The position numbers and the translations under genes were made by a program. From IMG/VR virus record IMGVR_UViG_3300020577_005857: a stretch of 64,000 nucleotides of DNA. The stretch is one strand, 5' to 3'. Positions 21,973-32,784 of this stretch are shown piece by piece; within the stretch, counting starts at the first letter, position 1; each line of letters starts with the position of its first letter. Origin of the DNA: an uncultured virus (IMG/VR IMGVR_UViG_3300020577_005857). Its lineage: Duplodnaviria > Heunggongvirae > Uroviricota > Caudoviricetes. The notes below the pieces were generated by a model. It was not told the DNA's origin, made no database searches, and worked only from the letters and a program-made list of their open reading frames with translations.

Positions 21973-24095
21973 TCCCAGTTGAGGATATGGGCCCCGCTAT
22001 CACGCAAGTCCTGGAAGAGTCTCAGGGTGACATCCAGAACTTTATCCATCGCTATGTAACTAGCGAGGTAGAGATCGAAAAGCAGATCCAGTTCGCCAAG
22101 CTGCGTAGGGCCTTTCTGTATTGGGATGGGAAGCAATACTTGGTGCCTGTGGTCCGGAATGGCTTGGTTACGGATTGGGAGGCGATCCTGCCCCCAGGAT
22201 ACACTACGCGGAGGGACAGCCTATCAGAGGACTATGATTCGAGAGGCCGGTATGATACTGCGATAAACGTAGTGCGGGGGGACGGAATTAAGTTTGTGGC
22301 CGTGCTAGGGAATCGAAGCCCTAATCCCAAGGCTGTACCTCTGGTAGAGTCCAATATGGATTCCCAGATGCAAGCGAACCTTGCGAATAGGGTATGTGGG
22401 GCGCTGCGTAAGATGTGGGATGTAGCGGGAGTCCATCGCAAGCTCATGTTGCATGCCTGGAGAGATGGGACATTCTTCCTGTACACGCCTTTGGAGAAAG
22501 ACTCTCAAGGCAGACCTAAGCCTGGGCTGCATCCGCACACAGCGTATACGGTTACGTTCCCATTTTACGCGGAAGAGTTCGATAGGCTGCCGTGGTTTCA
22601 GCTCCAGTACGAAGCGAACAAGGGCGAGGTCATCGAACAGTATCCACATTTGATGGAAAAGATTGACTCGGAAGAGACAAGTGATTCCAGTATTGGGCAG
22701 ACCGGATTGTGGACTCGGGCTATCATGTCTTCACAGACCGGCGACGTGCGCAAGGTATCCGCCAATCGGTGGACCTTTACACAGTTGTGGCTTGAACCCT
22801 GCATGTACAATTTCTTTGCAAGCCGCCAGTACCAGAACTTATTGCTACGGGATCTGTTCAAGAGCCTTTTTCCAAGAGGGGTAAAGCTTACCCTAGTGGG
22901 GTCCGAGATCATTGACATGGTACCGGAATCTTATCGGGATGTGTGGGCATGTGGTCAGCCTGGGGTGTCCACTACTCTCATGATGGACCCTGTATGCACG
23001 GACTTCCTTCCCATTCAGGATGTGCTGAATAATCTAACGGCACTGAATCAGGAGTCCATTGAGCGTGGGATTCCTATCGTGGCGGCAGATCCTAACGTCT
23101 TGAATGTGGACGCTATTAACTCAAGGCCTGGAGTTCCAGGTGAACTGATCGCGGCACAGCCCGGGGCGGGTGGACGGCTGAAGGATAGCGTTATCAATCT
23201 GCCTACAGCGAAGTATGAGCCGGATGTCCAGAACTTCTCCAGTATGATGTTGGAGATCGGACGGCAGCTCACTGGTGTAATGCCTCCTATCTTCGGTGGT
23301 GGGGACTCTGGTACAGCCCGCGAAGCGGATATCAACAAGACCCAAGCCTTGATGCAGCTTGGCATCATCTGGTTAGGAGCGCTTAGTGCATGGAGAGGTG
23401 CCTACACCAATGGGATCAAGACTGTGGCACAGTTCGGAGCGGACGTACTGAAGCGCTTCGGGCTCAGTGATATGGACATTCAGCGGGTACCCGGATTAGT
23501 GGATGAGACGGGAGAGCTTGCAGGCTACACGCTTGAAGTGGAGGAGTCCATTCCGTCCACTTGGGGCCAGAAGAAAGATTCTTTGATGTTCATGTTGCAG
23601 GGTGGCCCAGATGTGATGCAGGTAACCGGAGCAGCAGACCCTAGCAATGCGGATAAGGTACAGGACATCATGGGAGTCCCGGACTGGAAAACTCCCGGGA
23701 GCGGTGTCCGGAACTACATGATGATGGAGATCAAGAAGCTTTTGTCGGGTGTGCCGCAAGAGCCCCCACCGGAGATAGATCCACTTACAGGGCAACCATT
23801 GCTCCCAGATCCGGCAGCCCCACTGATGCCAAGCGTAATGCCGGATATGGTGGTTGTAGACCCCATGATAGCGTTGCAGATTGTTAGGGACTGGTTAACC
23901 TCAGATGAAGGCATCCTTCAGAGAGAGGCAGCCCCAGAGGGCTGGGATAACGTGCGGCTGTATGCGCAGCAGCTTATGATGATGGCCACTCCTCCACCGC
24001 CTCCCCCAGGTGAGGAAGGGGAACCCCCGGCTCCAGAAGAGCCACCCATGGAGGAGCCTATGCCACCTCCAGGAAGTATGGGCCCCACGGCTTAA
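21969..24095 (+). CDS. Portal protein (P22-like)
   Basis: 708 aa, helical, located between terminase and scaffold/capsid; PIQDVLN, QLTGV and SGTARE motifs; Pro-rich tail. Confidence 0.8.
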   Translation: MIPVEDMGPAITQVLEESQGDIQNFIHRYVTSEVEIEKQIQFAKLRRAFLYWDGKQYLVPVVRNGLVTDWEAILPPGYTTRRDSLSEDYDSRGRYDTAINVVRGDGIKFVAVLGNRSPNPKAVPLVESNMDSQMQANLANRVCGALRKMWDVAGVHRKLMLHAWRDGTFFLYTPLEKDSQGRPKPGLHPHTAYTVTFPFYAEEFDRLPWFQLQYEANKGEVIEQYPHLMEKIDSEETSDSSIGQTGLWTRAIMSSQTGDVRKVSANRWTFTQLWLEPCMYNFFASRQYQNLLLRDLFKSLFPRGVKLTLVGSEIIDMVPESYRDVWACGQPGVSTTLMMDPVCTDFLPIQDVLNNLTALNQESIERGIPIVAADPNVLNVDAINSRPGVPGELIAAQPGAGGRLKDSVINLPTAKYEPDVQNFSSMMLEIGRQLTGVMPPIFGGGDSGTAREADINKTQALMQLGIIWLGALSAWRGAYTNGIKTVAQFGADVLKRFGLSDMDIQRVPGLVDETGELAGYTLEVEESIPSTWGQKKDSLMFMLQGGPDVMQVTGAADPSNADKVQDIMGVPDWKTPGSGVRNYMMMEIKKLLSGVPQEPPPEIDPLTGQPLLPDPAAPLMPSVMPDMVVVDPMIALQIVRDWLTSDEGILQREAAPEGWDNVRLYAQQLMMMATPPPPPPGEEGEPPAPEEPPMEEPMPPPGSMGPTA

Positions 24096-24130
24096 CCTAA
24101 TGGTGTAAGATAGAATAAAGGACAAAGACT

Positions 24131-25408
24131 ATGCCTGATGACGCAATGATGACAACTCTGATGGGAGCTCTAGAAGGAACTCCGGAGCCTGGAGCCGAAC
24201 CTGAAGCTACGCCTGTTGCAGAAGTTCCTATTGTGGAGCCCGTGGCTGAACCCATTGCGGAAGCGCCGGTAGCCGAAGCCACTCCCGTGGCGGAAGCCGA
24301 AGCTGAAGTCGAGGAGGCTGAGCCAGAAACTCCAGAAGCCCTTCTGAAGGGCGTAATCGATCCTACCTCATCGCGAGGCAAACAGATTTGGGATGGCTAC
24401 ACTTTTGTGAAGAGTCTGGCGGAAGCACCCAAAGAAGATGGCTCAGGTGGCATTGGGCACATTCCTACGGTGGATGATATCAAGTCTTATCATTCGGACC
24501 ACATCACGCTTGGGCTTCTGATCGATGATTTTGAGTCCAATCCAGCGGCAATGATTGCCGGTCTGTCATCGGTGAATCCGGAGGCCACGGTGCAGATGAT
24601 TGAGGGGCTGCCCCAGATTTTGGATCAGCTTTCGCAGACCAACCCGCAGATCGCTAAAGCTTACGATGGCCTCTATGCTAAGGTTGTGGATGACTTGGTG
24701 AATGGAATCCTGGCCCAGTACCGTAATGCGGAAGATGCGGACACCAAGCGGTGGTATTTTGCTACGGCGCGAAACATCAAGTACTTTGTAACCAATGGGC
24801 AAAAACAGCTTACTGAAGCTGAAGCTATGGGGCGCAAACCTGAGGCTGATCCTTACGCGGAAGAGCGCGCCCGCATCGAAGCGGACAAAAAGGCGCTGCG
24901 TGATCAAGCAACCGCCCGTGAGCAGAACATTTGGAAAGGCTTCCGTGGGGCCACCTTCAAGGAGCTGGACAAGGTTATGACTTCGGCTTGTAACTGGCCG
25001 GAGGAACTGAAGGCCCAATTAGGCAAGGCCGCTGAGCCTACTCTACGTGAGGCCGAGAATCGTATCTATGAAGCAGTAAAGTCTTCACCTTCGGCTCAAC
25101 AGGAGATCTCTTTGCTGTTCAAGCGGGCCCAGCGAGCTATCGCAACTGGGGGAAATCTTGAGACCTATAAGGCTCAAATCATCAAGACATACATGAAGTA
25201 TGCAGCCCCGGTGGCGGCGCGGGTTCGCGCAGAGACTTTGAAAGATTTTAGTATTAAAGCGGTTGCCAAGCAACCTACGAAGAAAGCTGCTGCGGGGGTA
25301 CCCTCGAAGGCAGCTACTACAGTTCCCTCTCCCTCTAAACCCGTAAGACAAAAAGGAGAAACCTATGATGACTTCGCTATGCGAACCATCCTGGGAGAAA
25401 TCCAATAA
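24131..25408 (+). CDS. Capsid scaffolding protein
   Basis: Acidic Pro/Glu/Ala N-terminus and helical body; directly precedes the capsid gene. Confidence 0.65.
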   Translation: MPDDAMMTTLMGALEGTPEPGAEPEATPVAEVPIVEPVAEPIAEAPVAEATPVAEAEAEVEEAEPETPEALLKGVIDPTSSRGKQIWDGYTFVKSLAEAPKEDGSGGIGHIPTVDDIKSYHSDHITLGLLIDDFESNPAAMIAGLSSVNPEATVQMIEGLPQILDQLSQTNPQIAKAYDGLYAKVVDDLVNGILAQYRNAEDADTKRWYFATARNIKYFVTNGQKQLTEAEAMGRKPEADPYAEERARIEADKKALRDQATAREQNIWKGFRGATFKELDKVMTSACNWPEELKAQLGKAAEPTLREAENRIYEAVKSSPSAQQEISLLFKRAQRAIATGGNLETYKAQIIKTYMKYAAPVAARVRAETLKDFSIKAVAKQPTKKAAAGVPSKAATTVPSPSKPVRQKGETYDDFAMRTILGEIQ

Positions 25409-25426
25409 GTGTGAGGAGAGAGAACT

Positions 25427-26821
25427 ATGCCCGTTTCAGGTTCTAACGTAGTTGCGGCGGCGGATGCTTATTCCGCTATGATTGAGAAGGTTTCGTCGGT
25501 TACACCAGTTCTGGTGGAACAGACGGATACTCTCAGCCGCTTGATCAAGAAAGGCAAGGTGGAGCAGATTTCTGACCGCCTCTGCCGTGTGCCGCTCGTG
25601 AAGTACTACGGCGGTACCTTCCAGAAATTCGATGCTGACGGTGGAGTGATTGGTACCGGCTCCGGTATGTCCATCACGCACATGATGCTGGGATATATCT
25701 ACAGCAATTATGGCGTGGCCATCTCGAACCGCACTCGCGATACCACCAGCAACAGTGGGCAGTCCAAGATTCAGGTCTTCGCCACGCAGCAGATGCAGGC
25801 CATCAAAGAGCTTGCTGTCTACAATGACATCACGTTGCATACCGATGGCACTGGTCTTGTGACTAACGAATCCTCGGCCATCTCGGGCACCACTGGGTTG
25901 ACCTTTGCTGGCAATGCTGGTACCACCTTCCCCAATCCATACTTCGGTTCGGCCTTGCAGGATGGCCTTGGTATTAACTTGCTGCGTGAAGGTATGGCAG
26001 TGGAGGTCTTCTCTTCGGCGCTTTCCACCAAGCGCGCTAACGGTACCAAGGCTGGCTATCCGGCAATCATTACCTCTATCGACTACGATGCGCGTAGCGT
26101 AACGCTGGATTCCAGCATCACCGGCTTGACTCAGGGCGACCGCTTGAGCATTGTGGGACTTTCCACTACGCTCAATTCCGGCAGCAGCTCTTGGCCGCTG
26201 ACGGGTGACTCGTTCCGGCATGGCATGCCTTACGTAAACGGCGTCAATACCGCATGGTACTACAACGGCATCCTTCGTAGCTCGCTTCCGCAGATCAATC
26301 CCACGGTGGTCAATGCTCAGGGCCAATTCCTGACCCATAACCACATTCTGATTGCGCGTGACCGCACCTACCAGCGCCGGGATGCCAGTGTCTTCAAAGG
26401 CATGTTTGGCATCTTGAGCATGGCTCAGCGTGCGCAGCTCTTCAACATCGGTATCTCCATTTCGGAGTGGCACCGCACCAGCAAAGACAAGATGATCGAT
26501 CTGATGCCGGAAAGCATGGACTACGAAGCTGAGTTCATCGCCGCCGGTATCCCGCACTATATTTCAAAGCGCCAGCCGCGTAACCGGGTTGATTACATCA
26601 ATCCTGGCAAGAACTGGGGGCGCGCCCAGCTCTTTGACCTTCGGCCAAAGAAGTTTGGGGACAATGGTTACCTGATGCCGATGTGGAATTCCACCGGCCA
26701 GCTCGTTGCCGCAGAGCAGATGTTCTGGGAAGAGGCCTTCGACTTCTTCTGCTACGATCCTGGTGCTCAGATGGTCATCCACAATCTCGGTGTCCAAACG
26801 GGTTACACTCCTGGCACCTAG
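25427..26821 (+). CDS. Major capsid protein
   Basis: 464 aa after the scaffold, strong RBS (GAGGAG), biased codons, followed by a terminator. Confidence 0.75.
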   Translation: MPVSGSNVVAAADAYSAMIEKVSSVTPVLVEQTDTLSRLIKKGKVEQISDRLCRVPLVKYYGGTFQKFDADGGVIGTGSGMSITHMMLGYIYSNYGVAISNRTRDTTSNSGQSKIQVFATQQMQAIKELAVYNDITLHTDGTGLVTNESSAISGTTGLTFAGNAGTTFPNPYFGSALQDGLGINLLREGMAVEVFSSALSTKRANGTKAGYPAIITSIDYDARSVTLDSSITGLTQGDRLSIVGLSTTLNSGSSSWPLTGDSFRHGMPYVNGVNTAWYYNGILRSSLPQINPTVVNAQGQFLTHNHILIARDRTYQRRDASVFKGMFGILSMAQRAQLFNIGISISEWHRTSKDKMIDLMPESMDYEAEFIAAGIPHYISKRQPRNRVDYINPGKNWGRAQLFDLRPKKFGDNGYLMPMWNSTGQLVAAEQMFWEEAFDFFCYDPGAQMVIHNLGVQTGYTPGT

Positions 26822-26855
26822 TGCTTTGAGTGCTTCTTGAGGGAGAGTCAAGAAA

Positions 26856-26890
26856 GGGGAATCGGTCCCGTGTCCGGTTCCCCAATTTTT
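26856..26890 (+). terminator. Intrinsic terminator after the capsid gene
   Basis: GGGGAATCGG-loop-CCGGTTCCCC followed by AATTTTT. Confidence 0.7.
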
Positions 26891-26899
26891 GAAAAGGAT

Positions 26900-27565
26900 A
26901 TGAGCAGCCTAAGACGAGTAAAGAAGCTGGTGGCGGAATGCAATCTGCTATTGGCACGGGAGATGGGGCGTAATCCCCATGGGCTCGGAATATACGAGTG
27001 GAAATATTCCGAGGATTGGATTCGTACGAAGAGGTCCTATTCTATTCAGGATGACCAATTGATTCCGGAGTTTGAATACAAAGCGAATCGAGATGACGGC
27101 ATCATTGAAGCCCACCCTAAGTACGTGCGGGAGAAAGTGTGCGTAACGCTCCAGAATCAGTGGCTCATGTCTATCTGGCTTCCATCAGAAGACTTCGCAG
27201 AGTGGCGGGCCAAATATGGGGATTCCCTAGAATGGCCCAAGCAAGGTGAGTATTGGCCTGTAAGCCACCCTACTGGGGTAGTCTGCCTAGATCCTAATAT
27301 GGCCCCAACTTCAGACATCACATGGGAATTCATCTATCAGGCTAAGAAGGATCGTGGCCTGTCGGATGCGGATTTCGAATCAGATTACGACAAGAAAACA
27401 AAAGCCAAGGATGATGCTATGAGTGACCGCTTGATGGGAACCATTATGAATGTGCTCCCTGTGTACGAAGGCATCCCTGGCTCTCGTAGCTATCCCACAT
27501 GGCCCATCGCCGGAACACACGTGGATTCGCGCATAGCGGACCCCACAAAAATCTTTAAGGAATAA
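26900..27565 (+). CDS. Hypothetical morphogenesis protein
   Basis: Position in the late operon; AAGGA RBS. Confidence 0.55.
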   Translation: MSSLRRVKKLVAECNLLLAREMGRNPHGLGIYEWKYSEDWIRTKRSYSIQDDQLIPEFEYKANRDDGIIEAHPKYVREKVCVTLQNQWLMSIWLPSEDFAEWRAKYGDSLEWPKQGEYWPVSHPTGVVCLDPNMAPTSDITWEFIYQAKKDRGLSDADFESDYDKKTKAKDDAMSDRLMGTIMNVLPVYEGIPGSRSYPTWPIAGTHVDSRIADPTKIFKE

Positions 27566-27568
27566 CAA

Positions 27569-28408
27569 ATGCCCGCTCTTCAAAAACTCCCCAAAGCCTC
27601 AAGCATCACTCCCGGAACTGGAGTAATTCTTTCGATCTATCCCATGGAATTGGTCTCGGCCACACCCCACGCAGGGATGTTCAAGTATCTGCACCCGCCC
27701 GCCAATAGGGATAAGATCCAAACTCTGGAATGTAATCCCTTGCGCACCACGGCGTACCCGGCACAGGATGTGGATGCTTTTCTGTTCTCGGAAGAGAATA
27801 CGGAACCCGATTATGGCTACACTCAAATCCTGGTACATGATTCCTATCAGCTCACACGAGACTGGGCGCAGGATGTGGAATCCTACATCAAGCGGGACAT
27901 CCCGGCTGATGCTATTGTGAAGTCCTTGGTGCAGGAGTGGGCCTCGGGTAGAATGACCGATTCGGCGGCGGGGACTCCTGGAATCCGCGTCTATGTTCCC
28001 AGTATCTCGCTGGAAGAACAGCTTGACGAGATGCGGCGCAACCAAATGGTCTATTTCCGAGATCTAGTGTTTCAGGGGGACAAGCTTCACGATGCGAAGC
28101 AATGGGATCAGATTACGAACTTGCATCGGATTGCTGCGGGTTGGCTTCGTGAAGAAACTCGGCCTTGGTACAATCCGATCAAGGGACAGCGTATGAAGGT
28201 ATGTCCCGCCTGTGGCGAGACAATGAATCGTATGGCCATCGTGTGCAAATCTTGCTCCACGAATGTGTTCACGTTTGCGGCTACCATGAAAGAGCTGGGG
28301 GTCACCATCACCGATCCAGTCATTGACTTCTACCGTCAGGAGCAATCATTACCCCAGAATGTCCGCAAGCCGGGTGAGGCTCCCAAGGAGTCCAAAGGGG
28401 AAAAATAA
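27569..28408 (+). CDS. Hypothetical protein with zinc ribbon
   Basis: CPACGE...CKSC motif. Confidence 0.55.
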   Translation: MPALQKLPKASSITPGTGVILSIYPMELVSATPHAGMFKYLHPPANRDKIQTLECNPLRTTAYPAQDVDAFLFSEENTEPDYGYTQILVHDSYQLTRDWAQDVESYIKRDIPADAIVKSLVQEWASGRMTDSAAGTPGIRVYVPSISLEEQLDEMRRNQMVYFRDLVFQGDKLHDAKQWDQITNLHRIAAGWLREETRPWYNPIKGQRMKVCPACGETMNRMAIVCKSCSTNVFTFAATMKELGVTITDPVIDFYRQEQSLPQNVRKPGEAPKESKGEK

Positions 28409-29371
28409 GTGCCTGCCATCACCATCCAGCAAGTGATTGACGCAGCTCGGGTTAAGCTCACCGATAATGCATCGGTGAGCGCAGGCCGGATTGTGGCCGA
28501 CACAGAGATGCTTCAGTTTATGCAGTTTGCTTTACTGGAGATGAATCAGATCTTGCGGGTGGTGGATACCCCCTTCACACGGAGGGAACTATTTCTGCTG
28601 ATTACGCCCAATACAAATCATTACCCCATTGGTGTGGCCCCGTATCTTACGGATGCCTCACAGATAGGAGAAATCTTTGAGCGCAAGGTGGATAGGTTTG
28701 TGTCCGTAACCAATGTGGCCGTAATCGGGGATACCTACACCTTTACCACAGGAGCCGCACATGGGATGAACGTGGGAGACCAGTTTGAGATCATGCAGAC
28801 AGCTTTTCCGGCTGTAGACGGAAGCTATGTTGCTGCGTTAGTGCCTACAGGATCGTCGGTTACCGCAGGCCCCAATCGGCTGATTGGCTCAGTGGGGGCC
28901 ACGGCTACCGGCTACTTAGTGGTAGGCCAAGGTTCCTGGAGCCCCGTGGTGGTGGTGGACAATCTGGTGCCCTTGGAGGCTCCAGTAGAAAGTGTTTCTG
29001 CACTACAGATGGGAGATTTTGGGTTCCGATTCAATCCCGTCATTGGGTACAGAGAACTCAAGTTTGAATGCTACCCCGGGATCGCAGCGCTTCCGGCGCT
29101 GAACGATCAGATTTTGATTCCTGATTCTCTAGCCTATCTGGCGGGTAAGTGCGCCTTGGAGGCCCATAAGGCCAAGGGTGGAAATGGGGAGCGCATTTCT
29201 GCGCTGGCCCGTGAACTATACGGGATCAGTGAAGATCCTGGTAACATAGAAGGAGGCTCGGCAGGGCTCCTCCAGAGAGGATTCATTCTGCAAGCCCAAT
29301 GGAAGCGGCGGATTCGACGGCGGTTCCGGGATATCCGGCAGCCTAACTATCCGGCCTTTGTGAAATTCTAG
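28409..29371 (+). CDS. Head-tail adaptor-like protein with inserted FCCH-like domain
   Basis: TIQQVIDAARVKLTD adaptor-type N-terminus; TFTTGAAHGMNVGD insert. Confidence 0.55.
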   Translation: MPAITIQQVIDAARVKLTDNASVSAGRIVADTEMLQFMQFALLEMNQILRVVDTPFTRRELFLLITPNTNHYPIGVAPYLTDASQIGEIFERKVDRFVSVTNVAVIGDTYTFTTGAAHGMNVGDQFEIMQTAFPAVDGSYVAALVPTGSSVTAGPNRLIGSVGATATGYLVVGQGSWSPVVVVDNLVPLEAPVESVSALQMGDFGFRFNPVIGYRELKFECYPGIAALPALNDQILIPDSLAYLAGKCALEAHKAKGGNGERISALARELYGISEDPGNIEGGSAGLLQRGFILQAQWKRRIRRRFRDIRQPNYPAFVKF

Positions 29372-29390
29372 AGTGGAGGAGAACTAAAAC

Positions 29391-29834
29391 ATGCTTACAC
29401 CAGTACAATTGATTCATTCCTTGCAGGGTACAGATCTGCTTCGAATGCCGTATTACGCTAACCGGCTGGATCACTCAGTCCTTGGGATCACTCCTGCGCA
29501 AGTAAATGCGGGGCAGTACATTGTGCTCCCAAATCATTTCCAGCAATTGGTGCCCATCAGCTTTTTCATGCGAGTGAACTCTGCGGGCATTGGTGCGATT
29601 ACCACACTACGCTTGGGCACGGATGAGGCTACTCCTGTGGACATCTTTTCAATTCCGCAGGCTAACCTTACCACTGGAACCCTGTGGACACCTACCTCTG
29701 CGAACCTCACGCTGGGGGCAGGATTCCTGAATGCTTTGAAGGCTGGGGCGGGAATCAAGCTCTACAAGGTGGGCTCCGACGCAACCGGAGCCTTCACCAT
29801 CGATCTTGAGTTTGGGTTCACGGCAAAGGGGTAA
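29391..29834 (+). CDS. Virion structural protein
   Basis: Beta-rich sequence; strong GGAGGAG RBS. Confidence 0.5.
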   Translation: MLTPVQLIHSLQGTDLLRMPYYANRLDHSVLGITPAQVNAGQYIVLPNHFQQLVPISFFMRVNSAGIGAITTLRLGTDEATPVDIFSIPQANLTTGTLWTPTSANLTLGAGFLNALKAGAGIKLYKVGSDATGAFTIDLEFGFTAKG

Positions 29835-29837
29835 TCA

Positions 29838-31883
29838 ATGAGCTTGCTCGCAGGCCTGAAACCTTCAGAGCTGAGCGATTTCATGGGGGCGAACTATCGT
29901 GGGGAAACCACTGATGTACGCCCCCCATGGCTTTTGAAGGCAGACAACGTGGAGTATGAGGAGGGCTACGTCCGTAGTCGGAGAGGCTTTTACGAATTCA
30001 CAAATTGGCCGGTATCTGGTACCCCAACAGGTTTCTATCATTACATGCTGGGGCCTGTAAGCTATCTATTCACCTCACGTGAGAGTGGGGCAGGTGCAGT
30101 AAATATTGATTGGGGGCTATCTGGTGGCCCTCAATCCACGTTCACTGGCAGGGCTTCCAATGGTATGGGTACGATCTTTGCTGGTATTGGAAACCGAATG
30201 TATCATACCACATACAATTCGGCCTATGATGAGGGAACCTTCCAAGTCCTGAAGGATATGGATGGCTCTTCAAGTCTGCCAGCGGTGTGGGCACCTCCCT
30301 TGGAGCTGTCCTATACTGGTGCGTGGACGAAGACTGCTACATTTCCGGTAAGCACCGGGCTAGGTGGCGGGGCCACCTTGGGCTCGCACAAAGTAGCTAT
30401 TGCCTTCATTACCAAGACCGGATTCGTGACAAGATCTGGGCCGGTAGCTACACTTGTAAATCCAACCTATCCCGGGCTCCTGTTTACGGGTAATCCTGGG
30501 TCTGGAAATACCTTTAGGGTTACGCTCATTCCAGATGCAGGCCACCCGTGGCCGTCTTACGTGGACAAAGTGATTTTGCTGGCCACTACAACTAGGAATC
30601 TGGAACGGTACTTCATTGTGCCTGGGCAGGAGGTAACCATTATCTCTGGAACACAAACGGTGGTTCTGGATTTAGACATCTCGGATGCTGCCTTGTCCTT
30701 GGCCACACCTTTCGATACTTATGATGTGGGGCTCTACACGGGAATCTACGCTACCAATACGCAGCCCATCAAGCCCTACTATGTGTTCCCATGTGGGGAC
30801 CGGTTGGGATATTTTTTTAAGGACCCAAGCTTCGGTTATGGCATGGCTTTCTCGGAGGTTGGCGACTATGAGCGGATTACTCCAGATCGAAACTTTCGCT
30901 ACCTGCCGCAGAGGGCCAAGCCTATTGCGGCCAAGTGGACACAGAACGCTATTTACATCTTCACAGAAAATGCCACCTATGCAGCCAGCCCGTCTGGAGA
31001 GGACCCCGTTACATGGCCCGATGAGCGAGTAATCGATGGCAAGATTGGAACCTCGCAGCCTAACGCAATCACGTTGGATGCCTCAGGCAATGGATTCGTG
31101 GCACATCGTACAGGACTTTACGGATTCCGTGGGGGCGTCTACGACAGAATTCCATTATCTTATTATGTGCAGGAGTCCAAGGCAGAAGCTACATGGAACA
31201 AGATCAGTTGGGACTTTTCTCTGCTGAATTATGTGTCCATCGCAGACGATAAAGAGAACTACAGGGTAATGGTTACTGGCTCATCCCCGGCTGGGCGTGT
31301 CTGCCATACCTGGAGCTATGTGTCCGGGCTCACGCCGGATAGCGTGCGCTATTCCAAGTTCTATCACAATGATAATTCTGTACCGCTGTACTGTGGGATA
31401 ACTCAGAACAACGGGGACGCGCGATCTTCGAATCGTCGGCAGCAGTTGTGGACCTGCACAAATGTGGGGTCATGGCGGGGACAGGTTCCAGCGGATGACG
31501 TGAGCGGAGATGATGCTGTGATATTCCGGGACACCATAAACGGGGTAGCCAGTAAGGTACCAGCGGTTCTATGGCTGCCGTTTCTTCCAAGCCGTGACGA
31601 AACTGTATACATGGAGAACGAGATCTACTTTGTTATCTTGCGGATACGGGGAGCTGGAACACTTCAGGTGGAAGTGGTCAGCGTGGATGGCCTCATGACT
31701 TCAGGGGTGCTCACCCGTGGGCTATCTCCAATTCCTGGCAGGGATAGCGAGTTCCGCTTTAGCATGATTTCAAAGGCGGCGCAGGCCCGTATCTCTCTCA
31801 CGGCTGGGGCAGGTTCTTGGTTCGAGCTTAGCCACTTCTACCAGTATTGGCGAGAGTATTCTTTGCAGGGGAGGTCTACATAA
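29838..31883 (+). CDS. Tail nozzle/DNA-stabilisation protein (P22 gp10-like beta propeller)
   Basis: 681 aa; ADNV...VRSRRG N-terminal motif; beta-propeller-like repeats; position before the ejection genes. Confidence 0.6.
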   Translation: MSLLAGLKPSELSDFMGANYRGETTDVRPPWLLKADNVEYEEGYVRSRRGFYEFTNWPVSGTPTGFYHYMLGPVSYLFTSRESGAGAVNIDWGLSGGPQSTFTGRASNGMGTIFAGIGNRMYHTTYNSAYDEGTFQVLKDMDGSSSLPAVWAPPLELSYTGAWTKTATFPVSTGLGGGATLGSHKVAIAFITKTGFVTRSGPVATLVNPTYPGLLFTGNPGSGNTFRVTLIPDAGHPWPSYVDKVILLATTTRNLERYFIVPGQEVTIISGTQTVVLDLDISDAALSLATPFDTYDVGLYTGIYATNTQPIKPYYVFPCGDRLGYFFKDPSFGYGMAFSEVGDYERITPDRNFRYLPQRAKPIAAKWTQNAIYIFTENATYAASPSGEDPVTWPDERVIDGKIGTSQPNAITLDASGNGFVAHRTGLYGFRGGVYDRIPLSYYVQESKAEATWNKISWDFSLLNYVSIADDKENYRVMVTGSSPAGRVCHTWSYVSGLTPDSVRYSKFYHNDNSVPLYCGITQNNGDARSSNRRQQLWTCTNVGSWRGQVPADDVSGDDAVIFRDTINGVASKVPAVLWLPFLPSRDETVYMENEIYFVILRIRGAGTLQVEVVSVDGLMTSGVLTRGLSPIPGRDSEFRFSMISKAAQARISLTAGAGSWFELSHFYQYWREYSLQGRST

Positions 31884-31884
31884 A

Positions 31885-32145
31885 ATGCCGGAATTCAGAT
31901 TACAGGTTTTAGACCGTGATCCCAAGTCTGCGGCTAATCGTAAGTCCTCGGTGGAGAGGGCCCGCGACGTTTGGAACCGTTCCTCGCAGAAAGAATCCGA
32001 GACGGGCAAGCGTGTGGGGGCAATGATTACCCAAAGCGATTCGCTCGCCGAATATGACATGCCTGCTGCCAAGGAGACTGCGCGCAAGGCTGAACTGCTG
32101 TCCCGTGAGATAGATGAGCCTTGGTGGAAACGGGTGAAACGCTAA
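31885..32145 (+). CDS. Hypothetical protein
   Basis: GGAGG RBS; coupled ORF. Confidence 0.5.
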   Translation: MPEFRLQVLDRDPKSAANRKSSVERARDVWNRSSQKESETGKRVGAMITQSDSLAEYDMPAAKETARKAELLSREIDEPWWKRVKR

Positions 32146-32771
32146 TGCCATCCTCCCTGGAAATTCCACCGCTGCTGGAATCCGACATTCCGGTACCGCT
32201 GAACGTTGCGGCTATGATCCAACTACTGGAGAACCGTAACGATGAATTCTCTATCCGGCTAGTAGATGTGTTGCGGCAGCTCAGCTTTTCTGTTCAGGCT
32301 ATTTGGAGAATTCTGAAAACGCTTCCACCAGAGTTCGATGACATTTCAATTCTGTCTCCCACAGGAGAGGTATCTGCCTATTTTGGGCCTGAAGCGCTTA
32401 GGCTGGTTTCTGAGTCTACTCCAGGTGTGGAGCTATCCGCAACTCCCAATACCTTGGCTATGGGAGACTCTGACGAGAACATCAGCATGCTAGCGGGTGG
32501 GGATCAGTCCTACACTGGATGGTCCAGGAATGGTGCAATAGAAGTCTACATCCAGTGTGACGCATCCGGGACAATTCTGAATCTAGCTTCTGGTGCAGAG
32601 ATTAGGGTAAACAATTTGAGAGTATTGACTGATAGGCAGGCGTCATTGGCAGCGGTTACCGGAACCGCTGGGGCTACTTACACAGCCACGGAGCAAACCA
32701 TGATCAATGATCTTAAGGCTACAGTCAATGGCCTCATAACTAGACTCCAGAATCACGGTATAATAGCTTAG
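32145..32771 (+). CDS. Tail needle/fibre-like trimeric protein
   Basis: C-terminal NDLKATVNGLITRLQNHGII matches a common fibre-tip pattern. Confidence 0.5.
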   Translation: MPSSLEIPPLLESDIPVPLNVAAMIQLLENRNDEFSIRLVDVLRQLSFSVQAIWRILKTLPPEFDDISILSPTGEVSAYFGPEALRLVSESTPGVELSATPNTLAMGDSDENISMLAGGDQSYTGWSRNGAIEVYIQCDASGTILNLASGAEIRVNNLRVLTDRQASLAAVTGTAGATYTATEQTMINDLKATVNGLITRLQNHGIIA

Positions 32772-32784
32772 GGGGACATATATC

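Noticed and set aside
25436..26557. Long antisense ORFs (for example 373 aa here, 16224-17240 and 10491-11447)
   Set aside because: These are shadows of well-supported genes on the opposite strand, with no motifs or RBS.
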